Positions 8,480-15,941 of a stretch of DNA of 64,000 bases are shown piece by piece. Every line of letters begins with the position of its first letter. Position 1 is the stretch's first letter. The stretch is from a virus (Duplodnaviria; Caudoviricetes): the IMG/VR virus record IMGVR_UViG_3300005739_000025, one strand, 5' to 3'. The position numbers and the translations under genes were made by a program. The notes below the pieces were generated by a model. That model was given only the letters and a program-made list of their open reading frames with translations. It did no database searches and was not told the origin of the DNA.

Positions 8480-9520
8480 GTGTTTTTACCGTTAACAGAA
8501 AACTATATCGCGAGTAAGTTTTTTCAAAACTGCGGTAAACCCTTTTATAATAGAACTCAGAAAACCTATCAAGGTTCTTGCCCTATTTGTAGAGAAGGTA
8601 GCTCTTGGCTTAAAAAAAGACGATGCTACTATATCGTTGATAAGAACGTAGTCTGCTGCCATAATTGTGGTTGGTACAGCAATCCATATAATTGGATTTT
8701 AAAAGTAACAGGTCTTAATTTTTCTGAAGTTAAAAAAGAATTAGAAAATTTTGATACACCTATATTTTCTGTAAATATAAAGCAAAAGGATAACAAAAAA
8801 GAACACAATATAACAGAGAACTTGCCTTCAGATAGTATTAACTTATTAGACGAAAATCAAACAGAGTATTATTCTCAAAACCAAACCATTAAACAGGCAC
8901 TAAGTTTACTTAGAAACAGAAGACTTATAAGCGCTATAAACAGACCTTTAACATTTTATATTTCACTAACTGACAAGGTACACGAAAATAGATTGGTGAT
9001 ACCTTTTTACAGTGATGATAATAAGATAATCCATTATCAAACAAGAACTGTTTTAGATACTGATACTAGACCAAAATATCTATCAAAAGTAGGGTCCGAA
9101 AAGTCTCTCTACGGTATTAATGCTGTAAATAGCGATCTCGAATATTTGTTTATTACAGAAGGTCCAATCGATGCTATGTTTTTACAAAATGGTATTGCAG
9201 TAGCAGGTATTAATGAGAGTAAGACAAGAAACTTTACCGAGACCCAAAAACAGCAACTTAATGGCTACCCTCTACATAAAAAGATATGGGTATTAGATAA
9301 TCAATATAGCGATAAAACAAGTAAACAAAAGACAAAGAACCTATTAGACGCAGGTGAAAACGTATTTATATGGCCTGAAAATCTAAAGAATTACAAAGAT
9401 TTAAACGAGTATTGTATAGATAAAAAGTGTGATAGTTTTGATAGAGATATTATTTTAAATAATACCTATTCAGGACTTAGAGGTAAGTTACTACTTACTA
9501 GTCGTTGCTGCCAGCAATAA
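8480..9520 (+). CDS. gp61: DNA primase, T4 gp61-like
   Basis: Zn ribbon CPICREG...CHNCG, RLVIPF, PKYLS, TOPRIM ITEGPIDA, VLDNQ, KDLNE. Confidence 0.93.
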   Translation: MFLPLTENYIASKFFQNCGKPFYNRTQKTYQGSCPICREGSSWLKKRRCYYIVDKNVVCCHNCGWYSNPYNWILKVTGLNFSEVKKELENFDTPIFSVNIKQKDNKKEHNITENLPSDSINLLDENQTEYYSQNQTIKQALSLLRNRRLISAINRPLTFYISLTDKVHENRLVIPFYSDDNKIIHYQTRTVLDTDTRPKYLSKVGSEKSLYGINAVNSDLEYLFITEGPIDAMFLQNGIAVAGINESKTRNFTETQKQQLNGYPLHKKIWVLDNQYSDKTSKQKTKNLLDAGENVFIWPENLKNYKDLNEYCIDKKCDSFDRDIILNNTYSGLRGKLLLTSRCCQQ

Positions 9521-9917
9521 GATAACCTTTAAGAGCTTCTGCTAATGCTGATAGATCAACCGCCACTCTAGAAATTCTCTTTGATTCAGAGCTGGCAATT
9601 TTTTCAAACATTGTATCACAGTCACAATTGTGTAGTTTGGTTTGAACAGAAGATTCATTAACTCCGTTTAAGTATTCTACAAATTCTTCAATTTTAGAAA
9701 TCCAATTAGTAAGCTCAGATTTTTGTGAATCTAGACTTTGTTGTTTTAAAGCTGCGATATCTTCGCCTGGCTTGATCCCAGCACCAAGATCTTCAGGAGC
9801 AACACCTGGCTCTAATTCACCTTGAAGAGCATCCTCTTCACCTGTGTCCTGAGGTGGCTTAATTTCTTCTTCATCTTGTTCTAATAGAACTTTGAAACGA
9901 TCTTTAAATAGTGACAT
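9498..9917 (-). CDS. Acidic hypothetical late protein, candidate capsid-internal protein
   Basis: N-terminus MSLFKDRFKVLLEQ; late-promoter variant ATAAGTA (9924-9930) 6 nt upstream. Confidence 0.7.
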   Translation of the reverse strand: MSLFKDRFKVLLEQDEEEIKPPQDTGEEDALQGELEPGVAPEDLGAGIKPGEDIAALKQQSLDSQKSELTNWISKIEEFVEYLNGVNESSVQTKLHNCDCDTMFEKIASSESKRISRVAVDLSALAEALKGYLIAGSND

Positions 9918-9944
9918 ATAAATTACTTATTCTAACCAAGCTAA

Positions 9945-9952
9945 AATAAATA
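9945..9952 (+). promoter_or_regulatory. Late promoter core AATAAATA
   Basis: 6 nt before ATG 9959. Confidence 0.55.
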
Positions 9953-9958
9953 ATTAAA

Positions 9959-10345
9959 ATGGGTAAAAATAATAAAATGATTAGCGAAGATGTTCAGAAC
10001 ATATATAACAAATGGGTGTCTGGAATAGCTAAAAGAGAAGCGCCACCAGAAGTAATAACAGCAGCTGATATTCAGAATAGATATAGAAATGGTTTAAACT
10101 ATACAGCGCCTCAATCGCTTCCTTATCCTTTAACTAATCTTTTAGATTTTTTAGGTAACTTATTTGTTAAGTCTGCTGAAATGAGACATTCTTTGGGAAG
10201 TGCTATTACGTATCCAGTAATTAAAGAAAAAAAATCTAGTGTAGATGCAATTAAAAAACTAAATGAAAAATTAAGAGAGATTCAGGACATTATATACTCT
10301 TGCACTGAAGAGCTTAATCAAATAGTTGAAAATAAAGAAAAGTAG
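9959..10345 (+). CDS. Hypothetical late protein
   Basis: 128 aa, N-terminal MISE motif, C-terminal coiled coil. Confidence 0.7.
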   Translation: MGKNNKMISEDVQNIYNKWVSGIAKREAPPEVITAADIQNRYRNGLNYTAPQSLPYPLTNLLDFLGNLFVKSAEMRHSLGSAITYPVIKEKKSSVDAIKKLNEKLREIQDIIYSCTEELNQIVENKEK

Positions 10346-10353
10346 AATATAAT
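10326..10353 (+). promoter_or_regulatory. sigma70-type promoter
   Basis: TTGAAA(10326-10331)-N16-TATAAT(10348-10353); GTG 6 nt downstream. Confidence 0.65.
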
Positions 10354-10359
10354 TATATT

Positions 10360-10815
10360 GTGATTTTACAAATAATTAAAAGTTTAATAATAACTTTTAC
10401 TGTAGCAGCAGCAATAGGATATTTTTTAACAACAGTAGGCATATCCTTTTTGCCAACTTTTTTCTTAGTTGTAATTTTGCAATTTTTGTTTTTTTATTTT
10501 TATGGTGAAATAGTAAAAAGAAGAAACGAAACACTACAAGTAGAAGCAGAGATTAATATAGCAAAAGAATTATCCCGTCAACAAGTCACTGTGACTTGTC
10601 CTTGCGATAGAAATATTCAAACTACTATTCCTGTTGATTTAAGCCGACAAAACAGTTATGTATGTCAAGGGTGTAATAAAGATATAAGCGTTTTTATAGA
10701 AACTAAAACAGCTCTCTCTACTAAGCCCGTTATGTCTAATCCATTAGACACACCTATAATGTTAGATGAAATACAGAAAGTTTTAAAAGATGATGCAAAT
10801 AGAAGAGAAAAATAG
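10360..10815 (+). CDS. Membrane protein (2 N-terminal TM helices) with CxC...CxxC putative Zn ribbon
   Basis: Hydrophobic stretches LIITFTVAAAIGYFL and FFLVVILQFLFFYFY; CPC and CQGC. Confidence 0.7.
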   Translation: MILQIIKSLIITFTVAAAIGYFLTTVGISFLPTFFLVVILQFLFFYFYGEIVKRRNETLQVEAEINIAKELSRQQVTVTCPCDRNIQTTIPVDLSRQNSYVCQGCNKDISVFIETKTALSTKPVMSNPLDTPIMLDEIQKVLKDDANRREK

Positions 10816-11170
10816 CTCATCCATACTACCTGTTAAGGAGATTAAACAAGAGTATAATATTGCTGATTTAAACAATATAATTACCCAGTTACTTGCAAAA
10901 ATAGATCCAAAGCTTTTAAAAACTTTTGATTTTTATTCTCTTAAAAACAATAGAGGTTTGGTTTTAGATTTATTTAATAATCTGGAAAATATTATTAAAG
11001 ATAAAAATTTAATTTCCGATAACCTGAACAATATAACAAAGATATTTGAAACAATAAAGATACAATTTCAGTTATTAGAAGAAATAAAAATAGATAAACC
11101 GGAAAATAATGAAATTTTTACCGTCTTTCTTGCTACAACTCTGTCATACTTAAAAAAATATTTTTCTTGA
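10790..11170 (+). CDS. Hypothetical protein
   Basis: 126-aa ORF overlapping previous gene. Confidence 0.6.
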   Translation: MMQIEEKNSSSILPVKEIKQEYNIADLNNIITQLLAKIDPKLLKTFDFYSLKNNRGLVLDLFNNLENIIKDKNLISDNLNNITKIFETIKIQFQLLEEIKIDKPENNEIFTVFLATTLSYLKKYFS

Positions 11171-11195
11171 CGTTCTTAAATATTTTTTATATACT
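11167..11195 (+). promoter_or_regulatory. sigma70-type promoter
   Basis: TTGACG(11167-11172)-N17-TATACT(11190-11195); ATG 6 nt downstream. Confidence 0.7.
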
Positions 11196-11201
11196 TTATT
11201 T

Positions 11202-11519
11202 ATGAGTAGTAAAAAATATGTAACATTTGAAACTAAAAAGAACGGAACCATTGCAATGTCAAAAGAAACATTCGCTAGATGGTTGTGTTTAATGGAAGCT
11301 TTTTATATCATTGAAAAGAAAGCAGAAGAACTAGAGGTCAATTTGACTGATAATGATCTAGTAAGACCCTTAGCATTTGAAAAATATATTGATCAGCGCT
11401 TTGAGAGCATGATGTTAGATCTCACACATGATGAAAAGAATAATTTACTTGGTAAAAATTTCGTACATTATTCAAACAACCCTGAAAGCGAAGAACTAGT
11501 AGTATCCACCATAAGTTAA
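11202..11519 (+). CDS. Hypothetical protein
   Basis: 105-aa ORF behind a near-consensus promoter. Confidence 0.7.
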   Translation: MSSKKYVTFETKKNGTIAMSKETFARWLCLMEAFYIIEKKAEELEVNLTDNDLVRPLAFEKYIDQRFESMMLDLTHDEKNNLLGKNFVHYSNNPESEELVVSTIS

Positions 11520-12245
11520 CGTGTTGTTAATATTCATATCAAATACCTGGAACCTAGACTGAGCTTCAGCATCTCCTGGATATGATGAAGTTCTAATAAC
11601 AGGTGTAGTTTGATTACTAGATAATATCCCGTAATAAGTATCATCATGTACTTGGGCACTACCCTTTTCAAATGTTATATCTGGCTCAAAAGAGTAATCA
11701 AAACGCTTAGCTTTTAACATCCACACATAGTGTCCCATAAGCGGATTAATTTGAGAATTGTCTTCATCACATCTTTCGGTGATTTCAAACATCTTACCGT
11801 CCCTTTCACCTGGTCTGTCGGACCCATATTCTAAAAGTTTAAAAACATCTCCAGATTTTGGTTCCCATGTTGGAGGAAACACAGCATAGAAACTACTTAT
11901 ATGTACATATGCTGTTACCGTGTCATCGCTTTGAAAACCAAACTTACTTAATACTAAGGCATTTTCAGCTAATTTAACTCCCATTATTAAAGGCTGAGGT
12001 GTTAAAAACCCCGCTAAAGGCTGTTCACCGTAAATGTTATCAGCAGTTTCTACATTATATTTGTTTCTATAATAAAGTACTTTTTGCCCATATAATTCTA
12101 TTTGCTCTTTCCACCAATTACTATACATTAGTCTTTCGCCATAATTGTTAGCCTTATCTGTATAACGTAAAGCGGTAGGGGTATATCCGTTATTTGGATA
12201 TGTTTGAATACAATTCATTCCCTCATATTTGTCTAGTGAAATCAT
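11496..12245 (-). CDS. gp14: Neck/head-closure protein, T4 gp14-like
   Basis: EQIELYGQKVLY, IYGE, SKFGFQSDD.V, PKSGDVF, MFEITE, GHYVW.LKAKRFDYS.E. Confidence 0.85.
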   Translation of the reverse strand: MISLDKYEGMNCIQTYPNNGYTPTALRYTDKANNYGERLMYSNWWKEQIELYGQKVLYYRNKYNVETADNIYGEQPLAGFLTPQPLIMGVKLAENALVLSKFGFQSDDTVTAYVHISSFYAVFPPTWEPKSGDVFKLLEYGSDRPGERDGKMFEITERCDEDNSQINPLMGHYVWMLKAKRFDYSFEPDITFEKGSAQVHDDTYYGILSSNQTTPVIRTSSYPGDAEAQSRFQVFDMNINNTLTYGGYY

Positions 12246-12613
12246 TTTTTAAGTGCAAAGGTTTTTAAGTTATTGTCCCAAACTATAGCTATACCCGTGT
12301 TTCCAAGCTTTCTAGGTACATCTTTAGTTACTTTATAAATTTTATATTTCTTACAAATTTGTTTTAATTGAACACCATTTAAGGGTTCATAGTGAGAGAA
12401 TTTGTTTTTAATTTTTTCTACTTTTTGAATGATATCTGGGTCCGGTTTAATATATTCCGGAACGGTTTGAAGATTTTTTCTTAATAAGGGGTTTCTGATA
12501 ATATTAGCTCTATGTCTATGACCTTTTTCTTGAGCAGGATCTTTTATAGGAGCAAAGAAATTAACGTAGCCGCCATTCCAGGTCTGTTCAAAAAATTTTT
12601 TAAACGTTAACAT
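12242..12613 (-). CDS. Basic hypothetical late protein, candidate internal protein
   Basis: N-terminus MLTFKKFFEQ resembles T4 IP targeting peptides; TAAATA (12620-12625) 6 nt upstream. Confidence 0.72.
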   Translation of the reverse strand: MLTFKKFFEQTWNGGYVNFFAPIKDPAQEKGHRHRANIIRNPLLRKNLQTVPEYIKPDPDIIQKVEKIKNKFSHYEPLNGVQLKQICKKYKIYKVTKDVPRKLGNTGIAIVWDNNLKTFALKK

Positions 12614-12628
12614 TTAAAGTATTTAGTC

Positions 12629-12658
12629 AAAAAAAATCCCCTAGCATAACTAGGGGAT
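12629..12658 (-). terminator. Rho-independent terminator
   Basis: 9-bp perfect stem ATCCCCTAG/CTAGGGGAT, 5-nt loop, followed by a T run on the minus strand; downstream of the 12686-13534 gene. Confidence 0.8.
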
Positions 12659-12685
12659 TAATTATTTTTTATTTTCTAGATTTGA

Positions 12686-13534
12686 TTATGAGAATAAGTT
12701 ATGTCCAGCTTTAATGGAACTACTTACTTTGTTATCTTTCTTTGTAAGAACGTGACCTTTGTCACCAAGAGCTGTTAAGTCAGAAGCTTTTGTTACGTCT
12801 GTTGAAGCTTTGCCTTTTGAAGCTTTGATGTTGCCAGCAGCGTCCATACCTTTTGTTAGCTTTTTGCCGTGCTCATCAGATAATTTTTCTGCTTCTACTT
12901 CTTCAGAATAACTATCTTCCTCTTCTTCATCTTCGTCTTCGACTTCTTCATCTTCGTCTTCTACTTCTTCTTCGTCTTCATCTTTGTTCTCTTCACCACC
13001 TTCTGTGTCGATTTCGAGATCTTCTAGGTCTGACTCTTCATCACTACCTAAATCTTCTTCACCACCAACTGCAGCTTGAAGAACGTCGATTAATGTTTGT
13101 GCTGTTTCTTTGTCTAAAGTAACTGTTACTTCGTTACCACCCATGTCTTCTTCACCACCGAAGTCGGTATCGACATCTGTATCAGATTCCATATCGCCTT
13201 CTGGACCGGCACTAGGACCGAGATCTAACTCGTCATCCATTACGTTTTCGAAAAGTTTATCAAATTTAGATTTCATAAAACTATTTATATTTTCGCGTAC
13301 ATTTTTTCTACTACTTTTTTTACTTTTTTTAACCTTTTTGAGACCTTTAACTTTTTCTGGGCCAGAATCTTTCATTGTTTTTGGCTCCTTAACAGTCTCA
13401 CCAGCTTTTGGAAATGTACCTTTAGGAAATTTTTTAGCTGATTTCTTTTCTTCTACTAATTCTGAACCACCTGTATTTTTGTACATTGATTCATATAGTG
13501 AACTGATGTCAGTAATAGATTTAATTCTTGTCAT
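12686..13534 (-). CDS. Lys-rich/acidic late protein, candidate prohead core/internal protein
   Basis: 282 aa; LYE motif near N-terminus; basic N- and C-terminal parts flanking a D/E-rich core; ATAAATA (13540-13546) 5 nt upstream. Confidence 0.8.
   Translation of the reverse strand: MTRIKSITDISSLYESMYKNTGGSELVEEKKSAKKFPKGTFPKAGETVKEPKTMKDSGPEKVKGLKKVKKSKKSSRKNVRENINSFMKSKFDKLFENVMDDELDLGPSAGPEGDMESDTDVDTDFGGEEDMGGNEVTVTLDKETAQTLIDVLQAAVGGEEDLGSDEESDLEDLEIDTEGGEENKDEDEEEVEDEDEEVEDEDEEEEDSYSEEVEAEKLSDEHGKKLTKGMDAAGNIKASKGKASTDVTKASDLTALGDKGHVLTKKDNKVSSSIKAGHNLFS
12922..12961. repeat. 21-nt-period tandem duplication encoding VEDEDEE
   Basis: cttcttcatcttcgtcttc at 12922-12940 and 12943-12961. 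Confidence 0.7.
13282..13289 (-). promoter_or_regulatory. Internal late promoter TATAAATA driving in-frame ATG at 13276
   Basis: TATAAATA-GTTTT-ATG, same geometry as other late genes. Confidence 0.6.
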
Positions 13535-13557
13535 ATAGTTATTTATTGCTAACGGTG

Positions 13558-13563
13558 TAAATA
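13558..13563 (+). promoter_or_regulatory. Late promoter core TAAATA (terminase)
   Basis: 6 nt before ATG 13570; back-to-back with minus-strand ATAAATA 13540-13546. Confidence 0.55.
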
Positions 13564-13569
13564 TTTACA

Positions 13570-15318
13570 ATGTCAAAGAATAAAGATTTAGGTACAGGGG
13601 AAAAGGCCTATCTCGGTAATAGTAATATTCCTGCTCCGGGTTCTAGATACGAATATACTCCGGAAATGATTGCAGAGATTAAAAAATGTAAAAAGTCTCT
13701 TTTACATTTTGCCGAAAATCATTTCTATATAGTTAACGTTGATGAGGGTAGACAACAAATTAAATTAAGAAAATATCAAAAAAGAATTCTCAAAACATTA
13801 AAAAACGATAGATTTGTTGTTTTATTAGCAAGTAGACAGATAGGTAAGAGTAGTATTCTTACTATATATATGTTGTGGGTAGCATTATTTAATGATGACC
13901 AAAATATCTTATTAGTAGCTAACAAAGAGGTAACAGCTAAAGAAATTTTTAAAAGAATTAAACTAGCGTATGAAATGTTGCCAAACTATTTAAAGTCACC
14001 TGTTGTAAAATATGCAGAGACATCAATGTCTTTAACAAATGGTAGCACAATTAGTATATCTACTACAACATCAGATACAGGTCGTGGTTCGTCTGTGTCA
14101 CTATTATGTCTTGACGAGCTTGCGTTTATTGAACCAGGAATGCTTGAAGCGTTTTGGGCTTCTGTTTACCCTGTAATTTCCTCATCTAAAAAGGCTAAAA
14201 TTTTAGCTGTTAGTACTCCAAATGGTGTTGGTAACCTATTTCATTCATTATATTCAGGAGCAATTAAGAAAGGGGATGATTGGAATGGGTGGAAGGCAGA
14301 AAGAGTGGACTGGTGGGAAGTACCTGATAGAGATGAAGAATGGAAGGAAAGAACTATTCGAACAATGGGTTCTCGTGAAAAATTCGCTCAAGAGTTTGAA
14401 TGTGTATTCTTATCTTCAGGGGAAAGCGCTCTCGATGAAGGTCTTTACGAAAACTTACAATTAAACATTTATGATCCGAAATATGTTTACGACGACGGGT
14501 CTTACTTAATCTGGGAGCAGCCATCAAATGATAAAATTTATGCAGTTGGAGTTGACGTCGGGGAGGGGTTAAAACTTAATGCATCTGTTGCTCAAATTTT
14601 AGATATTACCGATCTTTCTAATATTAAGCAAGTTGCGGAATATTACACTACATCTTTACCACCATATAATTTTACACAAAAATTACAAGAAGTTTTAACC
14701 CATTGGGGTAAACCTGTTGTAGCAATTGAAAGAAATAATTGTGGAGCGCAAGTTGTAGACAATTTAAGAAATGTTTATGGTTATGAAAATATTATAACTT
14801 GGGGTGCTAAGACTGAAGAAAAAAATATATACCAAAGATTAGGAATTGTATCTCATACTAATACCAAATATCGAGGCATTATGAATATGAGATATTGGGT
14901 TAATCAATTAAGAGTAGTAAAAATTCATGATATTAAAACATTAAATGAATTTAAAGATTTTGTAAGACACCCCAACAACACATGGTCAGGAAGAACAGCA
15001 AACACCTTGGACGATAGAGTAATGGCAATGGTATGGGCTTTAATTTGTCTTGAAAACGATATTTGTGCTAGATATTTTGAAATTATCAAACTAGACGACA
15101 ATATGAGACCAGAAGTTATAAAGAGCTTAGATTATGGTTTTAAAGGTATAGTAAGTCCAATTGGCGTTTACAATAATGAAGCAGATCAAATAGGGGTACA
15201 GCCGCTTCCTGTTGTGTATCAAACAAAAAATGATGATGCAGAACAATTTGATAATCCCGATTTAGAAGATTTGTATGAGCAGGGCTGGAGATTCCCAGAA
15301 CTAAATAATAGATACTAG
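13570..15318 (+). CDS. gp17: Terminase large subunit, T4 gp17-like
   Basis: ASRQIGKS Walker A, LCLDELAF Walker B, VSTPNG..N.F, FAQEFEC, GVDVGEG, IERNN, DDRVMA. Confidence 0.96.
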   Translation: MSKNKDLGTGEKAYLGNSNIPAPGSRYEYTPEMIAEIKKCKKSLLHFAENHFYIVNVDEGRQQIKLRKYQKRILKTLKNDRFVVLLASRQIGKSSILTIYMLWVALFNDDQNILLVANKEVTAKEIFKRIKLAYEMLPNYLKSPVVKYAETSMSLTNGSTISISTTTSDTGRGSSVSLLCLDELAFIEPGMLEAFWASVYPVISSSKKAKILAVSTPNGVGNLFHSLYSGAIKKGDDWNGWKAERVDWWEVPDRDEEWKERTIRTMGSREKFAQEFECVFLSSGESALDEGLYENLQLNIYDPKYVYDDGSYLIWEQPSNDKIYAVGVDVGEGLKLNASVAQILDITDLSNIKQVAEYYTTSLPPYNFTQKLQEVLTHWGKPVVAIERNNCGAQVVDNLRNVYGYENIITWGAKTEEKNIYQRLGIVSHTNTKYRGIMNMRYWVNQLRVVKIHDIKTLNEFKDFVRHPNNTWSGRTANTLDDRVMAMVWALICLENDICARYFEIIKLDDNMRPEVIKSLDYGFKGIVSPIGVYNNEADQIGVQPLPVVYQTKNDDAEQFDNPDLEDLYEQGWRFPELNNRY

Positions 15319-15902
15319 TGAATATTCCTATCCAAAATAACGCTTATTATCAAAGCTATTTAAACAAGACAAGAAAAGACAAATTTATTATGGTTTTTTC
15401 TTTACCAGAAACTTTAAAGGCTATAAAAGCTTCTGTTGGTAGAAGAAACAATAGTGTAATCCCAGATACAATGCAGTTTTCCATATATGGATCTGTAATA
15501 CCCACCTTTACTGTTCCTGAAAAAGAAGTTCCATACGACGGTCAAGTCATGAAAGTTACCAGCTATACAAGACCATCTTACCCTAAAAATGTTATTAATT
15601 TTACTGTTGACAACATGTTTAACAACTATTGGGTTATATACAAATGGTTACAAATATTTAATAGTGAAAAAGAGAGTATTTATAAATCAAAATTAGCAAA
15701 TGACACGGGTTCTCTTAAAAACTACGAAACCACTATTTCAGTTTTTGGCTTAGATGAGTATAATAATAGAGTTATTGAATTTAAATATTACCATGCTTTT
15801 CCCGTTTCTTTAGGAGGGATTACATATTCTGATAGAGATTCTAATGAACTGGAGTCTACTTTTGAATATGTTTATCATCAGTTTGAAGCAATTTTATTAT
15901 AG
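15318..15902 (+). CDS. Tail tube-fold protein, probable tail terminator (T4 gp3-like)
   Basis: DKFIMVF, FTVDNMFNNYWVIYKWL, FKYYHAFPVSLGGI pattern of gp3/gp19 fold. Confidence 0.6.
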   Translation: MNIPIQNNAYYQSYLNKTRKDKFIMVFSLPETLKAIKASVGRRNNSVIPDTMQFSIYGSVIPTFTVPEKEVPYDGQVMKVTSYTRPSYPKNVINFTVDNMFNNYWVIYKWLQIFNSEKESIYKSKLANDTGSLKNYETTISVFGLDEYNNRVIEFKYYHAFPVSLGGITYSDRDSNELESTFEYVYHQFEAILL

Positions 15903-15929
15903 TTTGTTAAAAAAGGGAGCAAAGAAATA

Positions 15930-15936
15930 ATAAATA
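15930..15936 (+). promoter_or_regulatory. Late promoter ATAAATA (sheath)
   Basis: ATAAATA-ATTTT-ATG. Confidence 0.65.
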
Positions 15937-15941
15937 ATTTT

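Noticed and set aside
13110-13538. Long antisense/alternative-frame ORFs in the track (e.g. 4839, 5094, 5748, 12853, 13110, 27182, 39672, 53306, 55815, 60604, 60820, 61439)
   Set aside because: They lie wholly over well-supported genes, lack the promoter geometry, and have low-complexity translations typical of shadow ORFs.
13570-15318. Inteins/introns in terminase, helicase, primase or gp23
   Set aside because: Lengths are typical, motifs are contiguous, and no C...HN splice or LAGLIDADG signatures are seen.
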